A program made the position numbers and the translations under genes. Of a stretch of DNA of 64,000 bases, positions 1 through 16,032 are shown piece after piece. Each line of letters begins with the position of its first letter. Position 1 is the first letter of the stretch. This stretch comes from Chromatiales bacterium (GTDB lineage: Bacteria > Pseudomonadota > Gammaproteobacteria > JAGRGH01): assembly GCA_020445605.1 (NCBI GenBank), contig JAGRGH010000037.1:177949-241948 (forward strand), written 5' to 3'. The notes below the pieces were generated by a model. That model had not been told where the DNA came from, did not search any database, and was given only the letters and a program-made list of their open reading frames with translations.

Positions 1-104
1 CGGGTATCATACCGGCGGTTCCGGGCCGGTGGCGGTTCGGGACAGTCCAGAGCGGGGCGATTCGCGCGCGTTTCGTCCCGTTTCGTTTGTCAGGCCCCCA
101 CCCA

Positions 105-1259
105 ATGATCCTTGATCCGAAAACACGACCGGCCCTGCTCGCGCTCGCGGACGGCACGGTGTTTCGCGGCCGCGCGGTCGGCGCGGACGGCGTCAGCGCC
201 GGCGAGGTCGTATTCAATACGGCGATGACGGGCTATCAGGAGATCCTGACGGACCCGTCCTACGCCCAGCAGATCGTCACGCTGACTTATCCGCACATCG
301 GCAACACCGGCTGTACGGACGAAGACGATGAGTCGGCCGGGACGTACTGCGCGGGCCTGATCGTGCGCGATGTTCCACGCCGGCACTCGAACTGGCGTGC
401 GCAGACGGCGCTGCCCGCCTGGCTCGCCGAGCGCGGGGTCGTCGCCATCGCGGATATTGATACGCGCAGCCTGACCCGTATTCTGCGTGACCGCGGCGCC
501 CAGCACGGTGCAATCGTCGCGGGACCGGATGCTGTAGATGCCGATGCCGCGATCGCCGCCGCGCGCGCGTTCCCGGGGCTGGTCGGGCGCGACCTGGCCG
601 CCGAGGTTTCCACTCCTGAGGAATACGCCTGGACCGCCGGCGTCTGGAAACTCGGCGCAGGGCATCCGCAAGCGAAGTCCGGGCCCTATCAGGTCGTGGC
701 CTACGACTATGGCGTCAAGCGCAACATCCTGCGCCTGCTGGCCGATCGCGGCTGCACGGTGACAGTGGTGCCGGCCGCGACGCCGGCCGCCGCTGTACTG
801 GCGCGCAGGCCGGATGGCGTGTTTCTGTCCAACGGCCCCGGCGATCCGGAACCCATCGGCTACGCAATCGACGCGATTCGCACCATCGTCGACTCCGGCA
901 CGCCGACCTTCGGTATCTGCCTCGGGCACCAGCTGCTCGGTCTGGCCAGCGGGGCACGCACGGTCAAGATGAAATTCGGTCACCACGGCGCGAACCACCC
1001 GGTGCAGGAACTCGCAACGCGGCGCGTGCTGATCACCAGCCAGAATCACGGCTTTGCCGTTGATGAATCGACACTGCCCGATACCCTGCGCGCGACCCAT
1101 CGTTCGCTGTTCGACGGGTCATTGCAGGGCATCGAGCGAACCGACCGGCCGGCGTTCAGTTTTCAGGGGCATCCGGAGGCGAGCCCCGGGCCGCATGACC
1201 TGACGCCGCTGTTCGATCGTTTCATCACGTCCATGCGCGCACGGCGCGAGGGTGGCTGA
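105..1259 (+). CDS. carA: carbamoyl-phosphate synthase small (glutamine amidotransferase) subunit
   Basis: N-terminus [27 protein letters not shown]...[21 protein letters not shown] matches CarA. The ORF track begins at 87 (TTG); the ATG at 105 fits the conserved CarA N-terminus. Followed directly by carB. Confidence 0.93.
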   Translation: MILDPKTRPALLALADGTVFRGRAVGADGVSAGEVVFNTAMTGYQEILTDPSYAQQIVTLTYPHIGNTGCTDEDDESAGTYCAGLIVRDVPRRHSNWRAQTALPAWLAERGVVAIADIDTRSLTRILRDRGAQHGAIVAGPDAVDADAAIAAARAFPGLVGRDLAAEVSTPEEYAWTAGVWKLGAGHPQAKSGPYQVVAYDYGVKRNILRLLADRGCTVTVVPAATPAAAVLARRPDGVFLSNGPGDPEPIGYAIDAIRTIVDSGTPTFGICLGHQLLGLASGARTVKMKFGHHGANHPVQELATRRVLITSQNHGFAVDESTLPDTLRATHRSLFDGSLQGIERTDRPAFSFQGHPEASPGPHDLTPLFDRFITSMRARREGG

Positions 1260-1262
1260 GCC

Positions 1263-4487
<3,225 letters not shown>

Positions 4488-4509
4488 ACAGGCATTGGGG
4501 GAAGCAACG

Positions 4510-4986
4510 ATGAACAAAGTACCGTTGACCGTGCAGGGCGCCGAGCGACTGCGTGCCGAGTTGCAGGAACTCAAGACCGTCGCGCGCCCGCGCATCATCG
4601 CGGCCATCGCCGAGGCGCGTGCGCATGGCGATCTGAAGGAAAACGCCGAGTATCACGCCGCCCGCGAACAACAGAGCTTTGCCGAGGGTCGCATCAAGGA
4701 GATCGAGGCCAAGCTCAGCAATGCCCAGATCATCGACGTGACCAAGCTGGCCGCCAGCGAGCGGGTCGTTTTTGGTGTCACGGTGGTGCTGGTGGACCTC
4801 GGCTGTGACGAGGAGCGCACCTACCAGATCGTCGGCGAGGATGAGGCCGACATCAGGCAGGGCAAGATATCGTTCAGCTCGCCGCTGGCGCGCGCGATGA
4901 TCGGCAGGGAATCGGGCGATGCGTTCGTGTTCGAGGCGCCCGCGGGTGCCTGTGAATACGAGATCGTCGAGGTTCGTTATATCTGA
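4510..4986 (+). CDS. greA: transcription elongation factor GreA
   Basis: [22 protein letters not shown]...[18 protein letters not shown] is the GreA family signature. ATG at 4510 chosen inside the longer ORF; conserved carAB-greA arrangement. Confidence 0.9.
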   Translation: MNKVPLTVQGAERLRAELQELKTVARPRIIAAIAEARAHGDLKENAEYHAAREQQSFAEGRIKEIEAKLSNAQIIDVTKLAASERVVFGVTVVLVDLGCDEERTYQIVGEDEADIRQGKISFSSPLARAMIGRESGDAFVFEAPAGACEYEIVEVRYI

Positions 4987-5027
4987 GCGAGGCCCGATCG
5001 GTCCGCGGCGGATCGATCAGGGCGTGA

Positions 5028-5339
5028 TCAACGGCGTTCCGGTTTCGGCAGCACAATGCGCGGCTGTTTCGGGTTGACCCGATACAGCAGCACGACATGG
5101 CCGATCTTCTGTATCGCGACAGCGCCGGTACGCTCGACCACGGTTGCAACCATCGCATCGCGTTCCGCGCGTTCGGCGCCGCTGACGCGCAGCTTTACGA
5201 GTTCGTGCGCATTGAGCGCGGCTTCGAGTTCGGTGAACACGCCGTCGGTCAGCCCGTGCTGTCCGATCATCACGACCGGTCGCAGTTGATGGCCGAGACC
5301 GCGCAGGTGGCGGATTTGCTGGGCGTCGAGTGATTTCAT
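5028..5339 (-). CDS. yhbY: ribosome assembly RNA-binding protein YhbY (CRM/CRS1 domain)
   Basis: 103 aa with KSLDAQQIRHLRGLGHQLRPVVMIGQHGLTDGV (CRS1/YhbY fold). Divergent from rlmE as in enteric synteny. Confidence 0.8.
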   Translation of the reverse strand: MKSLDAQQIRHLRGLGHQLRPVVMIGQHGLTDGVFTELEAALNAHELVKLRVSGAERAERDAMVATVVERTGAVAIQKIGHVVLLYRVNPKQPRIVLPKPERR

Positions 5340-5419
5340 CGCTAAAGTTTATCAAGTTCCAGTGGATTTCCCGCATGCCTGACGCTGATTGTCTGGCCGC
5401 CCCCTGAGACGCCCGCACG

Positions 5420-6079
5420 ATGCGCCGAAGCACCAGCAGCCGCCGCTGGCTCGAACGCCAGCGCAAGGACCCATACGTGCAGGCCGCCCGGTCGGCCGGC
5501 TGGCGTTCGCGCGCCGTGTACAAACTTGAGGAAATCGACCAGCGCGAACGTCTGTTGCGCCCGGGCATGCGCGTGGTCGATCTCGGTGCCGCGCCGGGCG
5601 GGTGGTCGCAGTACGCGGCACAGCGCGTCGGGCGCGGCGGGCAGGTCATCGCGCTCGATGTTCTGGAGATGCCGCCGATCGACGGGGTCGGGTTCATCCA
5701 GGGCGACTTCCGGTCCGACGAGGTGCTCGCAAATCTGGAGCGTGCGCTCGCCGGCAGGCGCGTGGACCTTGTGTTGTCGGACCTCGCCCCCAATCTGAGC
5801 GGGGCGCGCACGATCGACCAACCGCGGGCGATGTATCTTGCTGAACTGGCGCGGGATTTTGCCGTCCAATGGCTGAACCAGGGTGGCACGCTGGTCATCA
5901 AGGCCTTTGTTGGCGATGGCTTCGAGACCCTGGTGGCGGACCTGCGCAAGCGCTTCGCGCGCGTGGTGCAGCGCAAGCCCGCAGCCTCGCGGGACCGTTC
6001 GCGGGAACAGTACGTGATTGCGCGCGACTATCGCGGCGGTAGCGAATCCTCATCGCCCGAGGCCGCCGAACGCGGCTAG
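5420..6079 (+). CDS. rlmE: 23S rRNA (U2552-2'-O)-methyltransferase RlmE/FtsJ
   Basis: [35 protein letters not shown]...[14 protein letters not shown]; FtsJ SAM motif; upstream of ftsH. Confidence 0.92.
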   Translation: MRRSTSSRRWLERQRKDPYVQAARSAGWRSRAVYKLEEIDQRERLLRPGMRVVDLGAAPGGWSQYAAQRVGRGGQVIALDVLEMPPIDGVGFIQGDFRSDEVLANLERALAGRRVDLVLSDLAPNLSGARTIDQPRAMYLAELARDFAVQWLNQGGTLVIKAFVGDGFETLVADLRKRFARVVQRKPAASRDRSREQYVIARDYRGGSESSSPEAAERG

Positions 6080-6141
6080 AATGCCGGTATCCGAAGCCGA
6101 ATCTCCCCGTGGTCCGCGTGACCTTTCCGGAGATCACACCA

Positions 6142-8082
<1,941 letters not shown>

Positions 8083-8142
8083 CCGGACTCTGATCCCCCG
8101 CAGCGACGGCCGGTTTGCCGGCCGTCGTCTTTCCAGCCTGCC

Positions 8143-8997
8143 ATGATCGATCAACTCGACTGCGCCGGGCGCGTGCTGGACCTGCGCCGGGCCGCGGTCA
8201 TGGGTGTGTTGAACGTCACGCCGGATTCATTCTCCGACGGTGGGGTCCACGTCGGCACGACCAAGGCGATCGACCGCGCTGCGCAGATGCTTGCCGAGGG
8301 CGCGGCGATCATCGACGTGGGTGGCGAATCCACCCGCCCCGGCGCCGCCGAGGTGTCGGTCGAGGCAGAGCTCGAGCGCGTGGTTCCGGTCATCGAGTCG
8401 CTGCACGCGCGCCTCGATGTTCCCATCTCAGTCGACACCTCCAAGCCCGAAGTCATGCGCGCGGCGGTTGCCGCTGGCGCGGGCTTCATCAACGACGTGC
8501 AGGCCCTGTGTCGCGACGGTGCGCTCGCGGCCGCCAGTGAGTTGGCGGTGCCCGTGTGCCTGATGCACATGCGCGGAGAGCCGCGCACCATGCAGGCCGA
8601 TCCGCGTTACGGCGATCTGATTGGCGAGATTCTTGGGTTTCTGTCCGGCCGCATCGACGCGGCGCGGGTTGCCGGCATCCCGCGCGAACGGTTGGTCATC
8701 GATCCAGGATTCGGATTTGGCAAGACCGTTGCGCACAACCTGGAACTGACCGCGCGGCTGGATGCCTTCGCGGGCCTGGGCTGCCCGATCCTGTACGGCG
8801 CTTCCCGCAAGTCCACGATCGGCAGCGTGCTGGATCGGCCCGTTGGCCAGCGCCTCGCCGGCGGTCTGGCATTGGCCGTCCTGGCGGTGGAGCGCGGCGT
8901 GCGGATCGTGCGAACGCATGACGTGCGAGCCACGTTCGACGCCATTAGAATGACCGAAGCCGTGCTCCACGGCGCTGCCCCGGTCCCGGTTCCGTGA
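8143..8997 (+). CDS. folP: dihydropteroate synthase
   Basis: [16 protein letters not shown] and pterin-binding domain motifs; conserved ftsH-folP-glmM order. Confidence 0.92.
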   Translation: MIDQLDCAGRVLDLRRAAVMGVLNVTPDSFSDGGVHVGTTKAIDRAAQMLAEGAAIIDVGGESTRPGAAEVSVEAELERVVPVIESLHARLDVPISVDTSKPEVMRAAVAAGAGFINDVQALCRDGALAAASELAVPVCLMHMRGEPRTMQADPRYGDLIGEILGFLSGRIDAARVAGIPRERLVIDPGFGFGKTVAHNLELTARLDAFAGLGCPILYGASRKSTIGSVLDRPVGQRLAGGLALAVLAVERGVRIVRTHDVRATFDAIRMTEAVLHGAAPVPVP

Positions 8998-10340
8998 GTC
9001 ACGAGCGCCGTTTTTTTGGTACCGACGGAATTCGCGGCCGCGTCGGCGAACCGCCGATCACGCCGGAATTCGTGATGAAGCTTGGCTGGGCCGCCGGGCG
9101 CGTGCTGGGCCGCGGTGCCGGCTCGCGCGTGCTGATCGGCAAGGACACCCGAATCTCCGGCTATGTCTTCGAGTCGGCACTCGAAGCCGGGCTGGCGTCC
9201 GCCGGTGTCGACGTCGGCCTGCTTGGCCCCATGCCCACGCCGGCAATCGCCTATCTGACGAGGACGTTCCGCGCCGACGCGGGAATCGTGATTTCGGCCT
9301 CGCACAACCCGTTCCACGACAACGGCATCAAGTTCTTTTCCCCGGAAGGACAGAAGCTGCCGGATGAAGTCGAACTGGAGATCGAGCGGGCGCTGGAGCT
9401 GCCGCTGGAAATGGTCGCGGCCGAGCGCGTGGGCAAGGCGCGGCGCATCGATCACGCCGCTGGTCGCTATATCGAGTTCTGCAAGTCCACGGTGCCGATT
9501 TCCACCTCCCTGGAGGGGCTGCGCATCGTGCTCGACTGCGCGCACGGAGCGACCTATCACATCGCCCCGCACGTGTTCGGCGAACTGCGCGCGCGCGTAA
9601 CGACCATGGGCGTCAGCCCGGACGGGCTGAACATCAACGCGGACTGCGGGTCCACACGCCCACAGGCCCTGCAGAGGGCGGTCGTCGAGGCGCGAGCCGA
9701 TCTCGGTATCGCGCTCGACGGTGACGGCGACCGGGTGGTGATGGTCGATGATCGCGGCGAGGTCGTCGATGGCGACGAACTGCTCTACATCATCGCCCGT
9801 GGACGTTACGCGGCCGGCGAACTGCATGGCGTGGTCGGCACCGTCATGAGCAACTTCGGGCTCGAGGAGGCGCTGAATGCGCTCGACGTGCCGCTGTCGC
9901 GCGCCCAGGTCGGAGACCGCTACGTGCTCGAAAACCTGCGCGCCAACGGCTGGACGCTGGGGGGCGAGTCCTCTGGCCACATCATCTGCCTGGATCGCAC
10001 GACCACGGGTGACGGCATTGTCGCGGCGCTGCAGGTGCTCGCCGAGATGCGTCGCACCGGCAAGTCACTGCGTGAGCTGCGCACCGAGATGCCGCGCTAT
10101 CCGCAGGTGCTGGTCAACGTCAGCGCGGAGGACAAGAAGGCCGTGCTGAACGCCGAGTCCGTACAGCGGGCCCTGGCGGACGCGGAAGCCGAACTGAACG
10201 GCCACGGCCGGATCCTGCTGCGGCCGAGCGGTACCGAGCCGCTGGTCCGCATCATGGTCGAGGGGCGTGATGCCGCAAACGTCGAGCGCATTGCGCTTGA
10301 GCTGAAAGGCGTGATCACTGGAGTGACCGGCGCGGCCTAG
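8994..10340 (+). CDS. glmM: phosphoglucosamine mutase
   Basis: [29 protein letters not shown] and the active-site region [14 protein letters not shown] (E. coli: ASHNPFYDNGIKFF). GTG start overlapping the folP stop (GTGA). Confidence 0.95.
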   Translation: MSHERRFFGTDGIRGRVGEPPITPEFVMKLGWAAGRVLGRGAGSRVLIGKDTRISGYVFESALEAGLASAGVDVGLLGPMPTPAIAYLTRTFRADAGIVISASHNPFHDNGIKFFSPEGQKLPDEVELEIERALELPLEMVAAERVGKARRIDHAAGRYIEFCKSTVPISTSLEGLRIVLDCAHGATYHIAPHVFGELRARVTTMGVSPDGLNINADCGSTRPQALQRAVVEARADLGIALDGDGDRVVMVDDRGEVVDGDELLYIIARGRYAAGELHGVVGTVMSNFGLEEALNALDVPLSRAQVGDRYVLENLRANGWTLGGESSGHIICLDRTTTGDGIVAALQVLAEMRRTGKSLRELRTEMPRYPQVLVNVSAEDKKAVLNAESVQRALADAEAELNGHGRILLRPSGTEPLVRIMVEGRDAANVERIALELKGVITGVTGAA

Positions 10341-10343
10341 TGT

Positions 10344-10497
10344 CCTGTTGAAAAGACACGTCCGGGCTTTTCAGTAACAACCGGAAAGGGCGGTTTTCGG
10401 CTGCTCACGAAAATCAACCACTTGCGTGTTCGATTTTCGGGCGAGACGTCCCTGTCTCGCGATATCAGGCTGTTGAAATTCTCTTTTCAACAACCTG
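10344..10497. repeat. MITE-like palindromic repeat, copy 1
   Basis: ~155 bp in the glmM / PGPGW-gene spacer. Ends carry gttgaaa..tttcaac hairpins; the right end is TTTTCAACAACCTG. A ~93% identical inverted copy lies at 55203..55364. Confidence 0.75.
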
Positions 10498-10938
10498 CTA
10501 GAACCAGCCACTCACCCATGCGAAGGCCCAGCGCGCGAGCAGAATCAACACCACCAGGCTTGTGAGGCCGATCAGGATCACGACCGTCCAGCGTTTCGCT
10601 GGCGGCGTACGCACCCACCAAGCGTGAATCCGTCCCGCCCAGGCGCGCAGCAGCAACTCGCCGCGGTCAAGCAATCTCGCGACTACGCGAAACTCCTGAC
10701 CGATCAGCGCCAGCCCCACGACCAGCACCAGTAATCCGGGGCCGGGCGTCACCAGCATGACCAGCCCGGCCGTGATCAGCGCAGAACCCGAAGCGATCGC
10801 AATCAGGCTGCCGAGGCCGAACCAGCGTGGCCCCTCGCCGTGCCGCCGCCGGAAGCGGTCCTCGAAGCGCTGGCCCGGCCGGCTCGCGGCAAGTTCGTGC
10901 CAGTGCGCCTTGATCGTTTCGCGAATCTTTGTCCACAT
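10498..10938 (-). CDS. PGPGW-family small transmembrane protein
   Basis: 146-aa C-terminal part of a long ORF (MWTKIRETIKAHW...LVTPGPGLLVLVVGLALIG...) with two hydrophobic hairpins. The upstream extension of the same ORF (to 12438) runs antisense through tpiA/secG/tRNA and is rejected. Confidence 0.55.
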   Translation of the reverse strand: MWTKIRETIKAHWHELAASRPGQRFEDRFRRRHGEGPRWFGLGSLIAIASGSALITAGLVMLVTPGPGLLVLVVGLALIGQEFRVVARLLDRGELLLRAWAGRIHAWWVRTPPAKRWTVVILIGLTSLVVLILLARWAFAWVSGWF

Positions 10939-11091
10939 CGGGCGCGCACGATACGGGCGTGGGTGCCGGAACCGCAACGTCGATTGCCCCTGCGGGCGCC
11001 GCGTCCGGCCGCCGCCGCCGCGGTGTGGATTGATCAAAGCGACCCAAAAAAGGTATCCTGCGCGGCCTTTTTGACTGTGTTGGAGAGACCG

Positions 11092-11844
11092 ATGCGGCAG
11101 CCGCTGGTGGCCGGCAACTGGAAAATGAACGGTTCGCGCGCCAGTGCGCGGGAGCTGTTGGGCGGCGTGCTTGAGGGCCTCGCCGCCACGCCGGTCGCAT
11201 GTGAGGTTGCGGTGTTCGTGCCCTACGTGCTGCTCCAGCAGGTCTCCGAACAGCTCGCGGGCAGCGCCGTCACCTGGGGGGCGCAGAACCTTTCCACGGA
11301 AGCCAAGGGCGCGTTCACCGGCGAGATTTCGGCCGCGATGCTCAAGGAGTTTGGCAGCACGAGCGTCATCGTCGGTCATTCCGAGCGGCGCTCGCTGTAT
11401 GGCGAGACCGACGCGGTGGTCGCTAAGAAGTACCAGGTTGCGCGTGCCGCGGGGCTGCGGCCGATTTTCTGCATTGGCGAGACACTCGACGAGCGCGAAT
11501 CCGGCATCACCAACGAAGTCGTGGCACGCCAGATCGACGCGGTGATCGAGCTCGAAGGCGTGGCCGCGCTGGCCGACGGCGTGATTGCCTACGAGCCGGT
11601 CTGGGCGATCGGCACGGGTCGTACCGCCACACCCGAACAGGCGCAGGCCGTGCATGCGTTCATCCGTGGGCGCATCGCCGACCGCGATGCCACGGTGGCC
11701 GAGGGCGTGCAGATTCTCTACGGTGGCAGCATGAACGCCAAGAATGCCGCAGAGTTGCTTGCCCAGGCGGACATTGATGGGGGCCTGATCGGCGGTGCTT
11801 CGCTGATCGCGGCTGATTTTCTGACAATCTGTCGAGCTGCCTGA
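11092..11844 (+). CDS. tpiA: triosephosphate isomerase
   Basis: MRQPLVAGNWKMNGS...VIVGHSERR...AYEPVWAIGTG. The ATG at 11092 lies inside a longer frame-sharing ORF. Confidence 0.95.
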   Translation: MRQPLVAGNWKMNGSRASARELLGGVLEGLAATPVACEVAVFVPYVLLQQVSEQLAGSAVTWGAQNLSTEAKGAFTGEISAAMLKEFGSTSVIVGHSERRSLYGETDAVVAKKYQVARAAGLRPIFCIGETLDERESGITNEVVARQIDAVIELEGVAALADGVIAYEPVWAIGTGRTATPEQAQAVHAFIRGRIADRDATVAEGVQILYGGSMNAKNAAELLAQADIDGGLIGGASLIAADFLTICRAA

Positions 11845-12249
11845 ATGTTGCTGACCGTACTGCTGGTGGTGCATGTGATGCTGGCCGTGGGCCTTATCGC
11901 GCTCGTGCTTTTGCAGCACGGTCGCGGCGCCGACATGGGTGCGGCGTTCGGCAGCGGTGCGTCGGCGACCGTGTTCGGCGCACGTGGCGCGGCCTCGTTC
12001 CTGACGCGGACCACGGCGCTCCTGGCCACCGGCTTTTTCCTGACCAGCATGGCGCTCGCCTGGCTCGCGACCCGGCCCGCGCCACGCACCGACATCATGG
12101 AAGGCGTGGGGTTGCCGGCCACCGAGATCGCGGCTCCAGCCGCGGAGGCGACCGATGCCGCGCCCGCCGTGACGGTTGCACCGGATGCGCCGCCGCCGGC
12201 CAGCGATCAGGGTGCGGGCATTTCCGCGCCGCCGCCGGCCGCCGACTGA
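11845..12249 (+). CDS. secG: preprotein translocase subunit SecG
   Basis: LLQHGRGADMGAAFGSGASATVFGARGAASFLTRTTALLATGFFL matches SecG; Ala/Pro-rich low-complexity C-terminal tail. tpiA-secG-tRNA-Leu synteny. Confidence 0.88.
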   Translation: MLLTVLLVVHVMLAVGLIALVLLQHGRGADMGAAFGSGASATVFGARGAASFLTRTTALLATGFFLTSMALAWLATRPAPRTDIMEGVGLPATEIAAPAAEATDAAPAVTVAPDAPPPASDQGAGISAPPPAAD

Positions 12250-12352
12250 TCCAAGACCTTGAGTGCGGGACAACGGAACCGTTCCCGCGGATTGGCCCGT
12301 GTCACCGGGCATTCGCGCAGTGTCGCGACAGTTTGTGGACAGCTCTGACTCC

Positions 12353-12437
12353 GCCGACGTGGTGGAATTGGTAGACACGCCGTCTTGAGGGGGCGGTGGC
12401 GCAAGCCGTGCCGGTTCAAGTCCGGCCGTCGGCACCA
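12353..12437 (+). tRNA. tRNA-Leu (anticodon GAG)
   Basis: GCCGACGTGGTGGAATTGGTAGACACGCCGTCTTGAGGGGGCGGTGGCGCAAGCCGTGCCGGTTCAAGTCCGGCCGTCGGCACCA. Long variable arm; anticodon loop TTGAGGG; homologous to E. coli leuU, which also follows secG. Confidence 0.9.
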
Positions 12438-12512
12438 TTCGAGTCAGAATTCGTTGCGGCTCATCTGTCGCGGTTCGCAGCCGCAGGCGCTGAAATCGGC
12501 ACTGGGCGCATG

Positions 12513-12546
12513 GAAACGGTATCCGTTTGACGATACCGTTTTTTTA
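12513..12546 (+). terminator. rho-independent terminator after tRNA-Leu
   Basis: GAAACGGTATC-cgtttgac-GATACCGTTT followed by TTTTT. Confidence 0.7.
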
Positions 12547-12604
12547 TGCCCGGAAAAGCAAACTAAGCCGATGAAAAATAAAGAAATTCGGACCATGGCC
12601 CGGG

Positions 12605-12634
12605 TTGACAGTCTGCGCGGCGCATCGCTAGACT
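12605..12634 (+). promoter_or_regulatory. candidate sigma70 promoter of the nuo operon
   Basis: TTGACA at 12605 and TAGACT at 12629 with an 18-bp spacer, ~70 nt upstream of nuoA. Confidence 0.45.
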
Positions 12635-12704
12635 TTCGCCTCTTTCCTGCCCGCACTGCTGTGGGCGGATAGCGCCGCACGGGCCGCGACGAGACAGCAG
12701 CGTC

Positions 12705-13061
12705 ATGCTAGAAAACTATCTTCCGGTGCTGATCTTCCTCGTCATTTCGGGTGGCGTTGCGCTTGTATTGCTCGCCGCCGGGTTTGCGCTCGGCCAGCGC
12801 AAGCCGGACCCGGCCAAGCTCTCCCCGTACGAATGCGGCTTCGAAGCCTTCGAAGACACGCGCATGAAATTCGACGTGCGCTACTACCTCGTCGCGATCC
12901 TGTTCATCCTGTTCGATCTGGAGATAGCGTTTCTCTTTCCGTGGGCCGTCGTTCTCGACCAGATCGGTTGGGTCGGCTTCTGGGCGATGATGGTGTTCCT
13001 GGGCATCCTCGTCGTCGGTTTCATATACGAGTGGAAACGTGGTGCTCTCGAGTGGGAATAA
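12705..13061 (+). CDS. nuoA: NADH-quinone oxidoreductase subunit A
   Basis: 118 aa; [12 protein letters not shown]...[21 protein letters not shown]. Confidence 0.93.
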   Translation: MLENYLPVLIFLVISGGVALVLLAAGFALGQRKPDPAKLSPYECGFEAFEDTRMKFDVRYYLVAILFILFDLEIAFLFPWAVVLDQIGWVGFWAMMVFLGILVVGFIYEWKRGALEWE

Positions 13062-13545
13062 CGCGGCCTCGGTAGAGGGCGCGCTGCGCGAGGGCTTCCT
13101 GACGGCCAGGCTCGACGACCTGGTGAACTGGGCCCGGACCGGCTCGATGTGGCCGATGACCTTCGGCCTGGCCTGCTGTGCGGTCGAGATGATGCACGCG
13201 GCTGCGGCGCGCTATGACATGGACCGCTTCGGCATGCTGTTTCGCCCGAGTCCGCGTCAGTCCGACGTCATGATCGTCGCCGGCACGCTGGTCAACAAGA
13301 TGGCCCCGGCCCTGCGCAAGGTCTACGACCAGATGGCCGAACCGCGCTGGGTGATCTCGATGGGCTCCTGCGCGAACGGTGGCGGCTACTACCACTACTC
13401 CTACTCGGTCGTGCGGGGCTGTGACCGGGTTGTGCCCGTGGATGTCTATGTGCCGGGTTGTCCGCCAACCGCCGAGGCATTGCTCTACGGCATCCTGCAG
13501 TTGCACAACAAAATCCGCCGCTCCGGCACCAGGATCGCGCGCTAG
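13039..13545 (+). CDS. nuoB: NADH-quinone oxidoreductase subunit B
   Basis: [13 protein letters not shown]...[13 protein letters not shown]...[13 protein letters not shown]...VPGCPP. GTG start overlapping the nuoA end. Confidence 0.93.
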   Translation: MVLSSGNNAASVEGALREGFLTARLDDLVNWARTGSMWPMTFGLACCAVEMMHAAAARYDMDRFGMLFRPSPRQSDVMIVAGTLVNKMAPALRKVYDQMAEPRWVISMGSCANGGGYYHYSYSVVRGCDRVVPVDVYVPGCPPTAEALLYGILQLHNKIRRSGTRIAR

Positions 13546-14271
13546 ATGGCTGATCCGTCCACGGCCGTCGCGACCGAACGCCGCGTCGATCGCCTGCACG
13601 CGGTCGTTGCCGAGCGGTTTGCGGGGCGTGCGATAGAGATCGTGAGCGCCTACGGGGAACTGAACCTCGAGGTGGGCGCGGCAGACTGGCGAGCCGTTTG
13701 CACCGCGCTTCGAGATGACGCGGATCTTGCTTTCACCCAGCTGACCGATCTGACTGGCATCGACTATCTCGGATATGCAAGCGGTGAGTGGAACACCGCG
13801 TCGGCCAGCGTCACCGGGTTTTCGCGTGGCGTCGAGTCATCGGCATCGGTGGGCGCCTGGCCGCTGGACCGGCGTTTCTGCGTCGCGGCGCAGCTCCTTT
13901 CTGTTGCGCACAACTGGCGCATGCGCGTGAAGGTGTTCCTGCCCGACGGCCTGCCGCGTGTTGATTCGCTGGTGCCGGTATGGCCGGCGGCGAACTGGTG
14001 CGAACGCGAGGCCTTCGATCTGTTCGGCATTCTGTTCGACGGCCATCCGGACCTGCGCCGCATCCTGACGGACTACGGTTTCATCGGGCATCCCTTCCGC
14101 AAGGACTTTCCGCTGTCCGGGCATGTGGAAGTTCGCTACGACCCGGAAAAACAGCGGGTCGTCTACGAGCCGGTTTCCATTGAACCGCGCGTGCTCGTGC
14201 CGCGCGTGATTCGCGATGACCATCGCTATCTAGTGGATCGCCCGCTCGCGGAAGGCGACGCGAATGGCTGA
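13546..14271 (+). CDS. nuoC: NADH-quinone oxidoreductase subunit C
   Basis: 30-kDa subunit motifs (ERE(AV)FD(LM)[12 protein letters not shown]); separate from nuoD (not fused). Confidence 0.9.
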   Translation: MADPSTAVATERRVDRLHAVVAERFAGRAIEIVSAYGELNLEVGAADWRAVCTALRDDADLAFTQLTDLTGIDYLGYASGEWNTASASVTGFSRGVESSASVGAWPLDRRFCVAAQLLSVAHNWRMRVKVFLPDGLPRVDSLVPVWPAANWCEREAFDLFGILFDGHPDLRRILTDYGFIGHPFRKDFPLSGHVEVRYDPEKQRVVYEPVSIEPRVLVPRVIRDDHRYLVDRPLAEGDANG

Positions 14272-15517
14272 GATCCGCAACTACACCATGAACTTCGGGC
14301 CGCAGCACCCGTCGGCGCATGGTGTGCTGCGTCTGGTGCTGGAACTGGACGGCGAGGTCATCGAGCGCGCCGATCCGCACATCGGGCTCCTGCATCGCGC
14401 AACGGAAAAGCTCGCGGAATCGAAACCCTACAACCAGTCGATCGGCTACATGGACCGGCTCGACTACGTTTCGATGATGTGCAACGAGCATGCCTACGTC
14501 GCGGCAATCGAGCGCCTGCTTGGCATCGAGCCTCCGCTGCGCGCGCAGTACATCCGTGTCATGTTCGACGAGATCACGCGCATCCTGAACCACCTGATGT
14601 GGATCGGCACGCATGCGCTGGATATCGGCGCGATGACCGTGTTCCTGTATGCGTTTCGCGAGCGCGAGGACCTCATGGACTGCTATGAGGCGGTCAGCGG
14701 CGCGCGCATGCATGCGACCTACTATCGTCCCGGTGGCGTGTACCGCGATCTGCCCTCGCGCATGCCGAACTACGAAGCGTCGCGCTGGCACAACGAGAAG
14801 GATGTCCAGCGCATGAACGCCGCGCGTGCCGGATCGCTGCTGGATTTCATCGAGGCGTTCACCGATCGGTTCCCCGCTTGCGTGGACGACTACGAAACCC
14901 TGCTGACCGACAATCGCATCTGGAAGCAGCGCACGGTCGGTATCGGCGAGGTCACCGCGGAGCGCGCACTCGCGCTCGGCTTCACCGGCCCCATGCTGCG
15001 TGGCTCCGGCATTGCATGGGACCTGCGCAAGAAGCAGCCCTACGAGGTCTATGATCGGCTGGAGTTCGATATTCCGGTCGGAAAAAACGGCGACTGCTAC
15101 GACCGCTACCTCGTGCGCATGGCCGAGATGCGTGAGTCCAGCCGCATCATCCGCCAGTGCATCGAGTGGCTGCGCGCGAACCCCGGCCCGGTGATGCTCG
15201 ATGATCACAAGGTTTCGCCGCCGCCGCGCGCCACCATGAAAAGCGACATGGAAGCGCTGATTCACCACTTCAAGCTGTTCACCGAGGGCTATTGCCCGCC
15301 GCCCGGCGAGGTTTACGCGGCGGTCGAGGCCCCGAAGGGCGAGTTCGGCGCATACATCGTCTCGGACGGCGCGAACAAGCCGTATCGACTCAAGCTGCGT
15401 GCGCCCGGCTTCATGCATCTGTCCGCGCTCGACGAGATGGTCCGCGGCCACATGCTTGCGGACGTGGTTGCCGTGATCGGAACCCAGGACATCGTCTTTG
15501 GGGAGGTCGACCGATGA
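14264..15517 (+). CDS. nuoD: NADH-quinone oxidoreductase subunit D
   Basis: 49-kDa subunit: [23 protein letters not shown]...HRATEKL..., ending ...VDR. Overlaps nuoC by 8 nt. Confidence 0.95.
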   Translation: MAEIRNYTMNFGPQHPSAHGVLRLVLELDGEVIERADPHIGLLHRATEKLAESKPYNQSIGYMDRLDYVSMMCNEHAYVAAIERLLGIEPPLRAQYIRVMFDEITRILNHLMWIGTHALDIGAMTVFLYAFREREDLMDCYEAVSGARMHATYYRPGGVYRDLPSRMPNYEASRWHNEKDVQRMNAARAGSLLDFIEAFTDRFPACVDDYETLLTDNRIWKQRTVGIGEVTAERALALGFTGPMLRGSGIAWDLRKKQPYEVYDRLEFDIPVGKNGDCYDRYLVRMAEMRESSRIIRQCIEWLRANPGPVMLDDHKVSPPPRATMKSDMEALIHHFKLFTEGYCPPPGEVYAAVEAPKGEFGAYIVSDGANKPYRLKLRAPGFMHLSALDEMVRGHMLADVVAVIGTQDIVFGEVDR

Positions 15518-16026
15518 GCGTGATGGTCGCCGCGCCCCGGGACAAGTCCACGCTGTTCGACACGAAGCTGCGTGCAGCGATCGATCGAGAGGTCGCGAAG
15601 TATCCGAAGGAACGTCGCCAGTCAGCCGTCATGGCCGCACTCACGCTGGTGCAGAACGCGAACCGCGGTGCGCTGACCGAGACGCTGATGAATGACGTGG
15701 CTGCCTATCTGGATATGCCGCCGATCGCGGTCTACGAGGTCGCGACGTTCTACTCCATGTACGAACTCAAGCCCGTCGGTCGTCACAAACTCTGCATCTG
15801 CACGAACATCTCCTGCTGGCTGCGCGGTTCCGACATGATTGTCGAGCACCTGCGCAAGCGGCTCGGAATCGGGCTCGGCGAGACGACCAACGACGGCCGG
15901 TTCACCCTGAAGGAAGTCGAGTGCCTCGGCGCCTGCGTGGGCGCGCCCATGCTGATGCTCGGCGACACCTATCACGAAAACCTGACGCCGGAGCGCATCG
16001 ACGCGCTGCTGGACGAGCTGGGCTGA
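15514..16026 (+). CDS. nuoE: NADH-quinone oxidoreductase subunit E
   Basis: 24-kDa 2Fe-2S subunit ([14 protein letters not shown]...[11 protein letters not shown]). ATG at 15514 overlaps the nuoD stop (ATGA); the longer ORF from 15292 shares the frame but its N-terminus is not NuoE-like. Confidence 0.9.
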   Translation: MSVMVAAPRDKSTLFDTKLRAAIDREVAKYPKERRQSAVMAALTLVQNANRGALTETLMNDVAAYLDMPPIAVYEVATFYSMYELKPVGRHKLCICTNISCWLRGSDMIVEHLRKRLGIGLGETTNDGRFTLKEVECLGACVGAPMLMLGDTYHENLTPERIDALLDELG

Positions 16027-16032
16027 GCTGCG

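Noticed and set aside
87-104. Alternative upstream starts for carA (87), ftsH (6109), greA (4465), nuoE (15292), cysE (30251), ispG (50928), glgB (59910), suhB (29402) and the sulfotransferase (54106).
   Set aside because: The internal ATGs fit conserved N-termini of the respective families and/or overlap upstream stop codons (translational coupling). The upstream extensions encode non-conserved, often low-complexity residues.
10939-12438. Upstream portion of the 646-aa minus-strand ORF (whole ORF 10498..12438) overlapping tpiA, secG and the tRNA-Leu gene.
   Set aside because: Only the last 146 codons (the PGPGW membrane protein) look genuine. The rest is Arg/Gly/Pro-rich antisense reading through well-supported genes and a tRNA, typical of high-GC artefacts.
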